Part shown: positions 37,775-45,956 of the stretch, piece by piece
How positions within the stretch are numbered: the first letter of the stretch is position 1
Layout of the letters: every line of letters begins with the position of its first letter
Source of the DNA: an uncultured Candidatus Rokubacteria bacterium
GTDB lineage: Bacteria > Methylomirabilota > Methylomirabilia > Rokubacteriales > CSP1-6
Direction of reading: 5' to 3'
DNA: 64,000 bases
Assembly: GCA_963771355.1 (NCBI GenBank)
Contig: CAVYTA010000006.1
Location: 1,376,001 to 1,440,000 of the forward strand
Notes under the pieces: generated by a model
Seen by the model: the letters and a program-made list of their open reading frames with translations, nothing else
Database searches by the model: none
Told to the model about the DNA's origin: nothing
Program-made: the position numbers and the translations under genes

Positions 37775-38730
37775 TCCTCTCCCGCGTCGCCGACGGGCTG
37801 TACTGGATGGGCCGCTATCTCGAGCGGGCCGAGAACACCGTCCGCCTCCTGCTCGTCGCCGAGGAGCTGTCCACCGAGGTGTTCGGGCTCGACGAGGACC
37901 TCGCCCGGTCGGAGTGGCACGACCTGGGCGAGATCTTCCCCGGCCCCGCGCTGCCCGAGCGGACGACCCGGCAGGTGGCCAGCCTCGCCGCGATCTCGCT
38001 CCAGGCGCTCACCTTCTCCGCCGCCCATCCGAACTCGGTGTACTTCTCGCTCAAGCGGGCCCGCGACAACGCGCGGGGCGTGCGGGAGGCGCTCACCTTG
38101 GAGGTCTTCGTCAATCTCAACGAGACCTACCGCGAGCTCGAGGAAGCGGCCAAGCGGCGCCTGGTGGACACGCCCTCCTTCCGCAGCGCGCTCGGCAGCA
38201 CCCACCGCGGCATCCTCGCCACCGTGGGATCCGTCGAGCACACGCTCACGCGGCAGCCGGGCTGGCTGTTTCTTCGGCTCGGGGAGTCGATGGAGCGCCT
38301 GTACCGGACGGCGGCCGTGCTGCGGGTGAAGCTCCCCGCCCTCATCGTGCCGGAGCCCAAGGTGGACCTGCCGCTTCTCCATACGCGCTGGCGGGGCCTC
38401 CTGCGCGGGCTCTCGTGCTTCGAGGCCTTCCGCCAGTCGTACGGGGCGCGACTGGAGCCCCTGGAGGTGCTGCATTTCCTCCTCTTCGACGGCCAGGCTC
38501 CCCGCTCGCTCCGCTACGGCACCACCGCGGTGAAGGAGTACCTCGACCGGCTCTCCGCGGGCGGCAGCCCCAGCGCGCCCGCGCGCCTCATGGGCCGCCT
38601 CTTCGCGGAGCTGACCTATCAGAGCGACGAGGTGATCCGCCGGAGCGAGTACATCCCCTTCCTCGAGCACGTTCTCGAAGAGGTCACCAAGACTCACGAG
38701 GCGCTCTCCACGCAGTACTTCGGGACCTGA
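37771..38730 (+). CDS. Alpha-E domain protein (DUF403)
   Basis: MILSRVADGLYWMGRYLERAEN..R, ARDNAR.VRE, FLRLGESMER, PRSL; ATGA-coupled to the ATP-grasp gene. Confidence 0.92.
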   Translation: MILSRVADGLYWMGRYLERAENTVRLLLVAEELSTEVFGLDEDLARSEWHDLGEIFPGPALPERTTRQVASLAAISLQALTFSAAHPNSVYFSLKRARDNARGVREALTLEVFVNLNETYRELEEAAKRRLVDTPSFRSALGSTHRGILATVGSVEHTLTRQPGWLFLRLGESMERLYRTAAVLRVKLPALIVPEPKVDLPLLHTRWRGLLRGLSCFEAFRQSYGARLEPLEVLHFLLFDGQAPRSLRYGTTAVKEYLDRLSAGGSPSAPARLMGRLFAELTYQSDEVIRRSEYIPFLEHVLEEVTKTHEALSTQYFGT

Positions 38731-38735
38731 GCCTC

Positions 38736-39703
38736 GTGTTCCTCGAGGTCGAGCACCGGCTGTCCTTCGACTACGACGCGTTCATCCGCGAGTCCTTCAT
38801 CGAGCTGCGGATGCAGCCGAAGACCACTCCGCATCAGACGCTCCAGTCCTTCGTCCTCGCGGTGGGGCCGCCCACCACGCTCTCGCGGTACCGGGACTGG
38901 AACGACAACATCGTCCACCACTTCACGGTGACGTCCTACCACGACCGGATCGCGGTGGCGGGCCGCGCGCTGGTGAGCACCCATCCCGCGGCCTCCCCGC
39001 TCGACGACGTCATCGATCGCCTTCCCCTGGAGAGCCTCCCCTATCCGTTCTGGGACTTCCTCCAGCTGGGCGGCCCGGTGCGAGGCAGCGCGGCTCTGCG
39101 CAAGTTCAACCAGGGGGTGTCGATCCCGCCCGGCGCCGGGCTGGGGGAGCAGATCGAGGCGCTGGGCGGCCACATCCACACGAGCTTCGAGTACCGGAAG
39201 AACGTCACCCGGTACGACTCCAGCACCGACGACTTCCTGGTCGCCGGCGCGGGCGTCTGCCAGGACTTCACCCACCTCATGCTGGGGCTCCTGCGCCTGC
39301 GGCAAATCCCCTGCCGGTACGTGAGTGGCTATCTCCACGTGGCACCGGCGGAGGGCGAGGCGGCGCAGAGCCATGCCTGGGTGGAGGTCTACTCGCCCGC
39401 GCGCGGCTGGGTGCCGTTCGACCCCACCCACAACCGGCCCATCGACGAGCGGTACGTCGCGGTGGGCCACGGCCGCCACTACGAGGACGTTCCCCCCAAC
39501 AAGGGTATCTTTCGCGGGAACGCGAAGGAGGCGCTCACCGCCGAGGTCTACACGCGCCCTTCCATGCAGAAGGACATCTCGACCTTGCGCGAGGAGATCG
39601 AATCCATCGACCTGCCCGTGTTCCAGGAGATTCCCGAGCGCACGCGAGACTGGACGGTGGCGGTCTCGGACGCCAACATCGCGCGCAGCAGCAGCAGCAG
39701 TAG
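38736..39703 (+). CDS. Transglutaminase-like protein; probable end ...NIAAQQQQQ* masked by a 1-nt deletion near 39683
   Basis: GVCQDFTH, RYVSGYL, SHAWVE, FDPT, GHGRHYEDVPP.KG; (CAG)5-TAG at 39686-39703 lies one base out of frame. Confidence 0.88.
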
Positions 39704-39708
39704 TCCGC

Positions 39709-40473
39709 TCAGTCGGGAGAGGCCGGACTCTCCGGCTCCGCCCGCCGCGGCAGCTGCAGCCGCGCCACCACCGGCAGATGATCCGAGGCGACGCGGGCCA
39801 GCCGGCTCCGGTGCACCCGGAAGCCGTCGCCCTGTATGACGCGGTCCCAGTAGATCCGGTCCAGCGCGAAGAACGGCATCGGCGAGGGATGGGTGCGCCG
39901 GTGCCGCGGTCCCGCCAGCGCGCCCCGAAGCGCCCGTCCCACCGCGCCGGGGAACCACTCGTTGAGGTCGCCCACCACCACCCGGGGCCCGGTGAGGTCG
40001 GCGTGAAGGATGTGCTGGCTGACTAGCCGCGCCACCTGCGCGGCCCGCTCGCGGATCCGCAGGCCGAAGTGCACGTTGAAGAGATGCAGCAGGCCCTCGG
40101 GAAGGATCAGGTCCACGCGAATGCCGCCGCGCGGCTCGCGGATCGAGTGAGTGAGGTCGAACACGCCCGACCCGCGCGCGGGGAGCCGCGTGAGCACGGC
40201 ATTGCCGTACGGGCCCTCCAGTCGGGTGTGGGTGACCCCCATGTGCATCTGCAGCCCCAGCCGCGCCGCGAGCATCTCCGCCTGCGGGCGAAAGATCTCC
40301 TGGACGCCCACGAGGTCGGCATTGAGCTCCTCGATGACGGCGGCGATCCGCATGAGATCGACGCGGCCGTCGATCCCCTGGCCCTTGTGGATATTGTAGG
40401 AGGCAACGGTGAGCGTGGTCCGGTGAGGCTCGCTCGTCGGGTCCGTCCCTCTCGGTCGGCGTCGTCGGAACAT
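39709..40473 (-). CDS. Endonuclease/exonuclease/phosphatase (EEP) family protein, YbhP-like
   Basis: ASYNIHKG, GVQE, YGNAVLTR, HFGL, GDLNEW, LDRIY, ASDHLP. Confidence 0.9.
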   Translation of the reverse strand: MFRRRRPRGTDPTSEPHRTTLTVASYNIHKGQGIDGRVDLMRIAAVIEELNADLVGVQEIFRPQAEMLAARLGLQMHMGVTHTRLEGPYGNAVLTRLPARGSGVFDLTHSIREPRGGIRVDLILPEGLLHLFNVHFGLRIRERAAQVARLVSQHILHADLTGPRVVVGDLNEWFPGAVGRALRGALAGPRHRRTHPSPMPFFALDRIYWDRVIQGDGFRVHRSRLARVASDHLPVVARLQLPRRAEPESPASPD

Positions 40474-40552
40474 GGCTTCTCCTTGCTATCTTAACAAGCC
40501 GTCTGGTAGGCTGGCGCCACCCGAGACGGACGCCCACACCGCGAGGACTTCC

Positions 40553-42841
40553 GTGAGCGAGGTGCTCTCACCCGATCCAGCGACGCCGCCTCCCCCGTCC
40601 GCCGTGCATCCGCCCGCGGCGCATCCGATCATCTCCACCATCCGCCGATTCGTGGAGACCGAGGTGACGCCGGTGGCCGCCGCGCTCGAGCACGCGGACG
40701 AGTACCCTCACGCCCTCGTCGGCCGCATGCGAGAGCTGGGACTGTTCGGCGCGCTGGTGCCACCGGAGCACGGCGGGCTCGGCCTGCGCATGACGGACTA
40801 CGCGCGAGTGATCGAGGAGCTGTGCCGGGGCTGGATGTCGCTGGCGGGCGTGATCAATAGCCACACCATGGCCGCCCTCATCGTACTTCACCACGGCACC
40901 GACGAGCAGCGCCAGCGCCTCCTGCCGAAATTGGCCAGCGGGGTCGCGCGCGGGGGCCTTTGCCTCACCGAGCCGCACGCGGGCTCCGACGTCCAGGCCA
41001 TCCGCACGGTGGCGCGCCGACACGGCGACGGCTACCTCATCTCGGGCACGAAGATGTTCGTCACCAATGGTCGTGAGGGTAACACTTTTGCTCTCCTCGC
41101 TCGCACCGACACTGCCGCCGAGCCTCCGCATCGCGGCATGTCCTGCTTCATCGTGGAGAAGGGCGCGCCCGGTCTCGAGGTGGTCAAGTCCATCGCCAAG
41201 CTCGGCTACAAGGGCGTGGACACCGCGGAGCTGGTCTTCGACGGCTTCCTCGTTCCCGCCGCCAACCTGGTGGGCGGGGCGGAGGGCCGCGGCTTCAAGC
41301 ATGTCATGGACGGGCTGGAGACGGGGCGCATCAACATCGCCGCGCGCGCGGTAGGAGTGGCGCAGGCCGCTCTCGAGGAGGCGACCGCCGCCGTCCGGCA
41401 GGACACCGCGGAGCCCGCCCTGGCCGCGCTGGCCGGCATTGCCGCGCGCGTGGAAGCCGCCCGCCTCCTCACCGGCTGGGCGGCGGGAATGAAGGACCGC
41501 GCCGAGCGCTGCGACCTCGAGGCGGGCATGGCCAAGCTCTATGCCTCCGAGGCCGCGCAGGAGGTGGCGGTGGAAACCCTCCGGATCGCGGGCCGGCGCG
41601 GTGTCCTCGCGGAGTCGCCGGTGGAGCGCTTCTACCGCGACACGCCGCTCATGATCATCGGCGAGGGCGCCAACGAGATCCAGCGGATCCTCATCGCCCG
41701 CCAGCTCCTCGAGCGCCACGGCGAGCGGTTCGGCGCCACCACCTCGCGCGAGAACGAGCCCGAGGAGCGACGGCAGGTGATCATGGCGGTGCGGCAGTTC
41801 GTCCAGAAGGACGTGATGCCGCTGGCCCAGGAGGAGGATGCCGCCGGCCGATTCCCGGGCGCGCTCGTGGAGCAGCTCGCCGAGCTCGGGGTGTTCGGCG
41901 CGCTGGTGCCCGCGGACTACGGCGGGCTCGGTCTCGACCTCACCACCACCGCCATGGTGGTCGAGGAGCTGGCGCGCGGCTGGGCCATGCTGGGAGCCCT
42001 GGTCGCCGGCCACCTCGCCACCGCCGACGCCATCGCGCACTACGCGGGAGGGGCGGAGCGCGCGCGGCTGCTCCCCGCCATGGTGCGGGCCGAGCGCCTC
42101 GGCGCCGTGGCGCTGGGCGCTCCCGCCGCCGCACGCCGCGCCGGCGGCGGCTGGGGCCTGGCCGGCCGCGCGCCGCTGGTCCCCGCGGCCGCGCGCGCGA
42201 CGGTCTTCGCGATCCTCGCCGACCACGAGGGCCATCGGGCCGCCTTCCTGGCCGAGAGCGGCGTCGCCGGCCTCGAGGCGGGGCCCGCGGTGGATACCCT
42301 CGGGCTGCGAGGGCTCGGCGCCGCCGACCTGACCTTCGCCCACCTGCGCCTCCCGTACGACGCTCGCCTGGGCGGTGACGACGCGGACGTGGCCACCGCG
42401 ATCGAGTCCCGCCTGCGCCTGGGCGAGGCGGCGGTGGCAGTGGGAATCGGCGAGGCCGCCTTCGAGGCGGCGCTCCGGTACGCGCAGCAGCGCAGCACCT
42501 TCGGCAAGCCCATCGCCCAGCACCAGGCCATTCAGCTCAAGCTCGCGGACATGGCCACCCGCATCGCCGCCGCACGCCTGCTCGTCTATCGCGCGGCCGC
42601 TCGCCTCGGCGCGCGCCCGGGCGAGGCCGCCGCGGCGGCGATGGCGCGACTGGAGGCCGCCGAGACCGCCTATCACGCCGCGCTCGAGTCCATGCGCACG
42701 CACGGCGGCTACGGCTACACGAAGGAGTTCCCGGCGGAGCGCTTCTATCGGGACGCCGCCGTGCTGCTCGCGGGCGATGGCGCGGCGGGACGGCTGCGAC
42801 TCACGGTGGCTCGCGCGGTGCTCGAGGGACGGCCGGTATGA
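40553..42841 (+). CDS. Tandem (double-domain) acyl-CoA dehydrogenase
   Basis: Domain 1: LTEPHAGSD, GTKMFVTNG, KLGYKG, IIGEGANEIQR. Domain 2 starts at EERRQVIMAVRQFV, with QRSTFGKPI.QHQAIQ and HGGYGY; start approximate. Confidence 0.85.
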   Translation: MSEVLSPDPATPPPPSAVHPPAAHPIISTIRRFVETEVTPVAAALEHADEYPHALVGRMRELGLFGALVPPEHGGLGLRMTDYARVIEELCRGWMSLAGVINSHTMAALIVLHHGTDEQRQRLLPKLASGVARGGLCLTEPHAGSDVQAIRTVARRHGDGYLISGTKMFVTNGREGNTFALLARTDTAAEPPHRGMSCFIVEKGAPGLEVVKSIAKLGYKGVDTAELVFDGFLVPAANLVGGAEGRGFKHVMDGLETGRINIAARAVGVAQAALEEATAAVRQDTAEPALAALAGIAARVEAARLLTGWAAGMKDRAERCDLEAGMAKLYASEAAQEVAVETLRIAGRRGVLAESPVERFYRDTPLMIIGEGANEIQRILIARQLLERHGERFGATTSRENEPEERRQVIMAVRQFVQKDVMPLAQEEDAAGRFPGALVEQLAELGVFGALVPADYGGLGLDLTTTAMVVEELARGWAMLGALVAGHLATADAIAHYAGGAERARLLPAMVRAERLGAVALGAPAAARRAGGGWGLAGRAPLVPAAARATVFAILADHEGHRAAFLAESGVAGLEAGPAVDTLGLRGLGAADLTFAHLRLPYDARLGGDDADVATAIESRLRLGEAAVAVGIGEAAFEAALRYAQQRSTFGKPIAQHQAIQLKLADMATRIAAARLLVYRAAARLGARPGEAAAAAMARLEAAETAYHAALESMRTHGGYGYTKEFPAERFYRDAAVLLAGDGAAGRLRLTVARAVLEGRPV

Positions 42842-43320
42842 GCTACGGCCGCTACTACGAGGAGTTCACGGTCGGCCAGGAGTTCCACCACTGGCCGGGC
42901 CGCACCATCACCGAGGCGGACTGCACCTGGTTCGCGCTCCTCACCATGAACCAGCACCCGCTCCACTCGGACGCGCACTATGCCGAGACCCACACCCAGC
43001 ACAAGCAGCGCGTGGTCCTCGGTCCCCTCGTCTACAGCGTGGTGATCGGAATGACGGTGGCCGACATCTCCGGCCGCGCCATCGCCAACCTCGAGGTGAA
43101 CACGCTCAAGCACGAGAAGCCCACCTTCATCGGCGACACGCTCTATGCGCACAGCCGGGTGCTGGAGCTGCACGAATCCCGGCAGGGAGATCGCGGGATC
43201 GTGACCGTGGAGACGCGCGGCACGAACCAGCGCGGCGACCAGGTGTGCTCCTATACGCGCAAGGTCCTGGTGCCGAGGAAGAATCACCCCACCCTCGGCG
43301 AGGGCCGTCTCCCCTACTGA
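42838..43320 (+). CDS. MaoC-family dehydratase
   Basis: GRYYEEF.VG, GRTITEAD...F...TMNQHPLH.D..YA, PTFIGDTL. Confidence 0.9.
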   Translation: MSYGRYYEEFTVGQEFHHWPGRTITEADCTWFALLTMNQHPLHSDAHYAETHTQHKQRVVLGPLVYSVVIGMTVADISGRAIANLEVNTLKHEKPTFIGDTLYAHSRVLELHESRQGDRGIVTVETRGTNQRGDQVCSYTRKVLVPRKNHPTLGEGRLPY

Positions 43321-43321
43321 C

Positions 43322-44542
43322 ATGACCCGACCACCTCTGCAGGGCGTGCGGATTCTCGCGGTGTCGCAGTTCGGCGCGGGCCCCTTCGGCACCCAGGTGC
43401 TGGCCGACCTGGGCGCCGAGGTCATCAAGATCGAGGACCCCAGCGTGGGCGGCGACAGCGCTCGCTACGTTCCTCCGTTCGAGGGCGAGGCCGACTCCCC
43501 CTACTTCCAGTCGTTCAATCGGGGCAAGCGCTCGCTCACGCTGAACCTCCGCCATCCCGACGGCCAGGCCGTGCTCCACGACCTGGTGCGGGTCTCGGAT
43601 GCGGTCTTCAACAACGCGCGCGGCGATCTCCCCGGCAAGCTCGGGCTGACCTACGAGACCCTCAAGGCCGTCAACCCCCGGATCGTCTGCTGCGCCCTCA
43701 CCGGGTTCGGCACCACCGGGCCGCGCGCCGCGGAGCCGGCCTTCGACTATCTGATCCAGGGCTACGCGGGCTACATGTCCGTGACCGGCGAGCCGGACGG
43801 CCCTCCCGGCAAGTGCGGCGTCTCCATCATCGACTTCGCGGGCGGCTATGTGGGCATGGTCGGGCTCATGGTCGGCCTCTTCGACGCCCAGCGCACCGGG
43901 ATCGGGCGGGACGTGGACATCGCCCTCCTCGACACCGCGGTGAGCATGCTGTCGTACTTCGCGATCTGGACGCTCAACCGCGAGTGGGCGCCCGAGCGGA
44001 CGCGCGACTCGGCGCATCAGGTGCTGGTCCCCGCCCAGAACTTCCCCACCAAGGACGGCTGGATCGTCGTCTTCTGCAACAAGGACAAGTTCTGGCAGGA
44101 GCTCGTCGAGGCCCTGGAAGCGCCGGAGATCGGCGCGGATCCGCGCTTCCGGACCTTCCCCGACCGCCACACCCACCGTGACGTGCTGCTCCCGCTGCTC
44201 AAGGCGCGCTTCGCGACGCGCACCACCGCGGACTGGCTGGACCGGCTGCGCGGCCGCGTGCCGTGCGCGCCCGTCAACGACGTGCGCCAGGCCCTGGCCG
44301 ATGAGCAGGTCCGCGCACGCGACATGATCGTGGAGGTCCCGCACCCGGAGTTCGGGATGCTCAAGGAGGTGCGCAGCCCCATCCGCACCGAGGGCGAGGT
44401 GCGCAATCCCCGGCGCGCGCCGAAGCTCGGCGAGGATACCGACGCCATCCTGGGCGAGGTCCTCGGCTATAGCGCCTCCACCATCGCCCGGCTGCGGGCC
44501 CAGCGGGTGCTGGGCGCCCCCTCATCCGCGCCGACGGAGTGA
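43322..44542 (+). CDS. CaiB/BaiF family III CoA-transferase
   Basis: AGPF....LADLGAEVIKIE, NRGKRSLTLNL, AFDYLIQG, APKLGE. Confidence 0.92.
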   Translation: MTRPPLQGVRILAVSQFGAGPFGTQVLADLGAEVIKIEDPSVGGDSARYVPPFEGEADSPYFQSFNRGKRSLTLNLRHPDGQAVLHDLVRVSDAVFNNARGDLPGKLGLTYETLKAVNPRIVCCALTGFGTTGPRAAEPAFDYLIQGYAGYMSVTGEPDGPPGKCGVSIIDFAGGYVGMVGLMVGLFDAQRTGIGRDVDIALLDTAVSMLSYFAIWTLNREWAPERTRDSAHQVLVPAQNFPTKDGWIVVFCNKDKFWQELVEALEAPEIGADPRFRTFPDRHTHRDVLLPLLKARFATRTTADWLDRLRGRVPCAPVNDVRQALADEQVRARDMIVEVPHPEFGMLKEVRSPIRTEGEVRNPRRAPKLGEDTDAILGEVLGYSASTIARLRAQRVLGAPSSAPTE

Positions 44543-44546
44543 TCCC

Positions 44547-44852
44547 CTGAGCCCGCTGTCGAACGCTGCTCCCTCGAAGGCTCCGGACGCGGAGCAGGTC
44601 GAGCGCACGGAAGAGACCCTCGCGCCCCCGTGGATGACCATCCTGCACAACTGCGAGTGCCATACCTTCGAGCAAGTGGTGCAGCAGCTCATGAAGGCCA
44701 TCGCCTGCTCCGAGGAGCGCGGCTGGGAGCTGGCCTGGGAAGTCCACAACCGGGGCAAGGCCGTCGTGAAGGTCGGCCCCGAGTCCGAGTGCGTCCGCGT
44801 GGGAAACGTGCTCGCCGCGATTGGTCTCGTGGTCACCGTGGTGCAGTCCTAG
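44547..44852 (+). CDS. clpS: ATP-dependent Clp protease adaptor ClpS-like protein; probable CTG start
   Basis: PPWMTILHNCECHTFEQVV..L...I......A.EVHNRGKAVV..G....C....L...GL; the frame is open back to a CTG 7 nt after GGAG. Confidence 0.8.
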   Translation: MSPLSNAAPSKAPDAEQVERTEETLAPPWMTILHNCECHTFEQVVQQLMKAIACSEERGWELAWEVHNRGKAVVKVGPESECVRVGNVLAAIGLVVTVVQS

Positions 44853-44855
44853 CGG

Positions 44856-44961
44856 GTCTCGCTCCACCACGCAGTCCCTTCGCGGGAAAACCACTCTCCA
44901 ATTTATCGAGGTACGTCCTACTTTGAGGTGGTCCGCGTTCGACCCCGGGTGGTGGTGAGAC
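44856..44961. ncRNA. Possible structured RNA element (family unknown)
   Basis: Closing helix GTCTCGC..CACCAC / GTGGTG..GTGAGAC, inner helix ACCAC/GTGGT, side hairpin TCCC-TTCGC-GGGA. Confidence 0.3.
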
Positions 44962-45006
44962 ATGAAGGATGGACGTGATTTCAGCTACTTACGGAAAATC
45001 AGGCAC

Positions 45007-45022
45007 TGGCATCCTGATTGCT
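45007..45022 (+). promoter_or_regulatory. Sigma54 (-24/-12) promoter
   Basis: TGGCAT-CCTGA-TTGCT; GG at 45008-45009 and GC at 45020-45021 give the exact spacing; lies in an AT-richer intergenic region. Confidence 0.75.
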
Positions 45023-45065
45023 CTAGGGATGTGTGGCTGAAGTCAGGCCCACAGGAGCCCCGACA

Positions 45066-45257
45066 ATGAACCGACTGCTCGATCTGATCCGGGAAGCGTG
45101 GCAGGAAGATCATCGGGGCGGTATCGTTCGCCCCTGGTACCGCCGCCCCAATGCGTGGATGCTGGGCGCAGCTATCGTGCTTCCGTTCGGCTGGCTGCTT
45201 CCGATCGCGAAGGTGGCCTACGTCGAGGCCCGCAACCGTCGAGCCCGCCGCTTCTAG
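45066..45257 (+). CDS. Small hypothetical membrane protein (63 aa)
   Basis: CAGGAG RBS; downstream of the sigma54 promoter; hydrophobic WMLGAAIVLPFGWLLPIA followed by a basic tail. Confidence 0.6.
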   Translation: MNRLLDLIREAWQEDHRGGIVRPWYRRPNAWMLGAAIVLPFGWLLPIAKVAYVEARNRRARRF

Positions 45258-45286
45258 CTTGCCGTCTCAAACCAGGTGAGGGCGGC

Positions 45287-45859
45287 GTGAGCCCCGGAGG
45301 CCATCTCGTCACGACGGCGGTGGCTTGTGCCGCCGTCCAGGTCGCTACCGGTTCCGCCGCCCTCACCGTAGGAGTCGCCGCCGGCGGCTTCCTGATCGAC
45401 CTCGACCACGTCCTCGACTACGTTGCCTTCGAGCGGCAGCGTGACCTTCGCCCCGCCGCCTTCCTCCGCTACTACCTGGCCGGACGTCCTCGCACCGTGG
45501 TGCTGCTCCTGCACTCGTACGAGATACTGGCGCTCCTCGCCCTCGCCGCCTGGTCGTGGAACCTGGAGTGGCTCTGGGGCTATGTGCTGGGGGCGGCGGC
45601 GCTGCACCTGCCGCTGGACATCGTGTTCAACGGCAAGGTGGCCGGCCGCAACATGGTGCCGTTCTACAGCCTCGTCTATCGGGGTCGCGCGGACTTCCAG
45701 ACCGAGCGCCTCCTCGACACGCGCCGGCTGGCCGCGCCGCCGTCGCGCTTCTGGTCCGCCTTCTTCGTGGGGGCCGTGGTCACTCCTAAGACGGCGGTCA
45801 TTTCGCCGGAGTTGGTGCCACCGGCCTCGCTCCGCTCGGCGAGGCTCTCTGTTCTCTGA
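45287..45859 (+). CDS. Membrane metal-binding hydrolase-like protein (YdjM-like)
   Basis: N-terminal His (GGHL), LIDLDH..DY, LLHSYE, ALHLPLD. Confidence 0.7.
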   Translation: MSPGGHLVTTAVACAAVQVATGSAALTVGVAAGGFLIDLDHVLDYVAFERQRDLRPAAFLRYYLAGRPRTVVLLLHSYEILALLALAAWSWNLEWLWGYVLGAAALHLPLDIVFNGKVAGRNMVPFYSLVYRGRADFQTERLLDTRRLAAPPSRFWSAFFVGAVVTPKTAVISPELVPPASLRSARLSVL

Positions 45860-45956
45860 TTGCTCGCCTCGCCTTCGGCTGCGGCTCGCCCGCCCTCGCT
45901 CCGCTCGGACACCTCTTTATCGAATTGCTCGCCTCGCCTTCGGCTGCGGCTCGCCC
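45824..45956. repeat. REP/BIME-like composite repeat between convergent genes
   Basis: ATTGCTCGCCTCGCCTTCGGCTGCGGCTCGCCC (33 nt) identical at 45859 and 45924; CCTCGCTCCGCTCGG at 45825 and 45894. Confidence 0.8.

Noticed and set aside
44930..44950. tRNA (or tRNA-Sec) suggested by GTTCGACCCC
   Set aside because: The T-stem does not pair and no cloverleaf or CCA end could be built
45859..45956. CRISPR mini-array
   Set aside because: Only two repeats, the 'spacer' itself contains a repeated motif, no leader and no cas genes in the window; REP-like is more parsimonious
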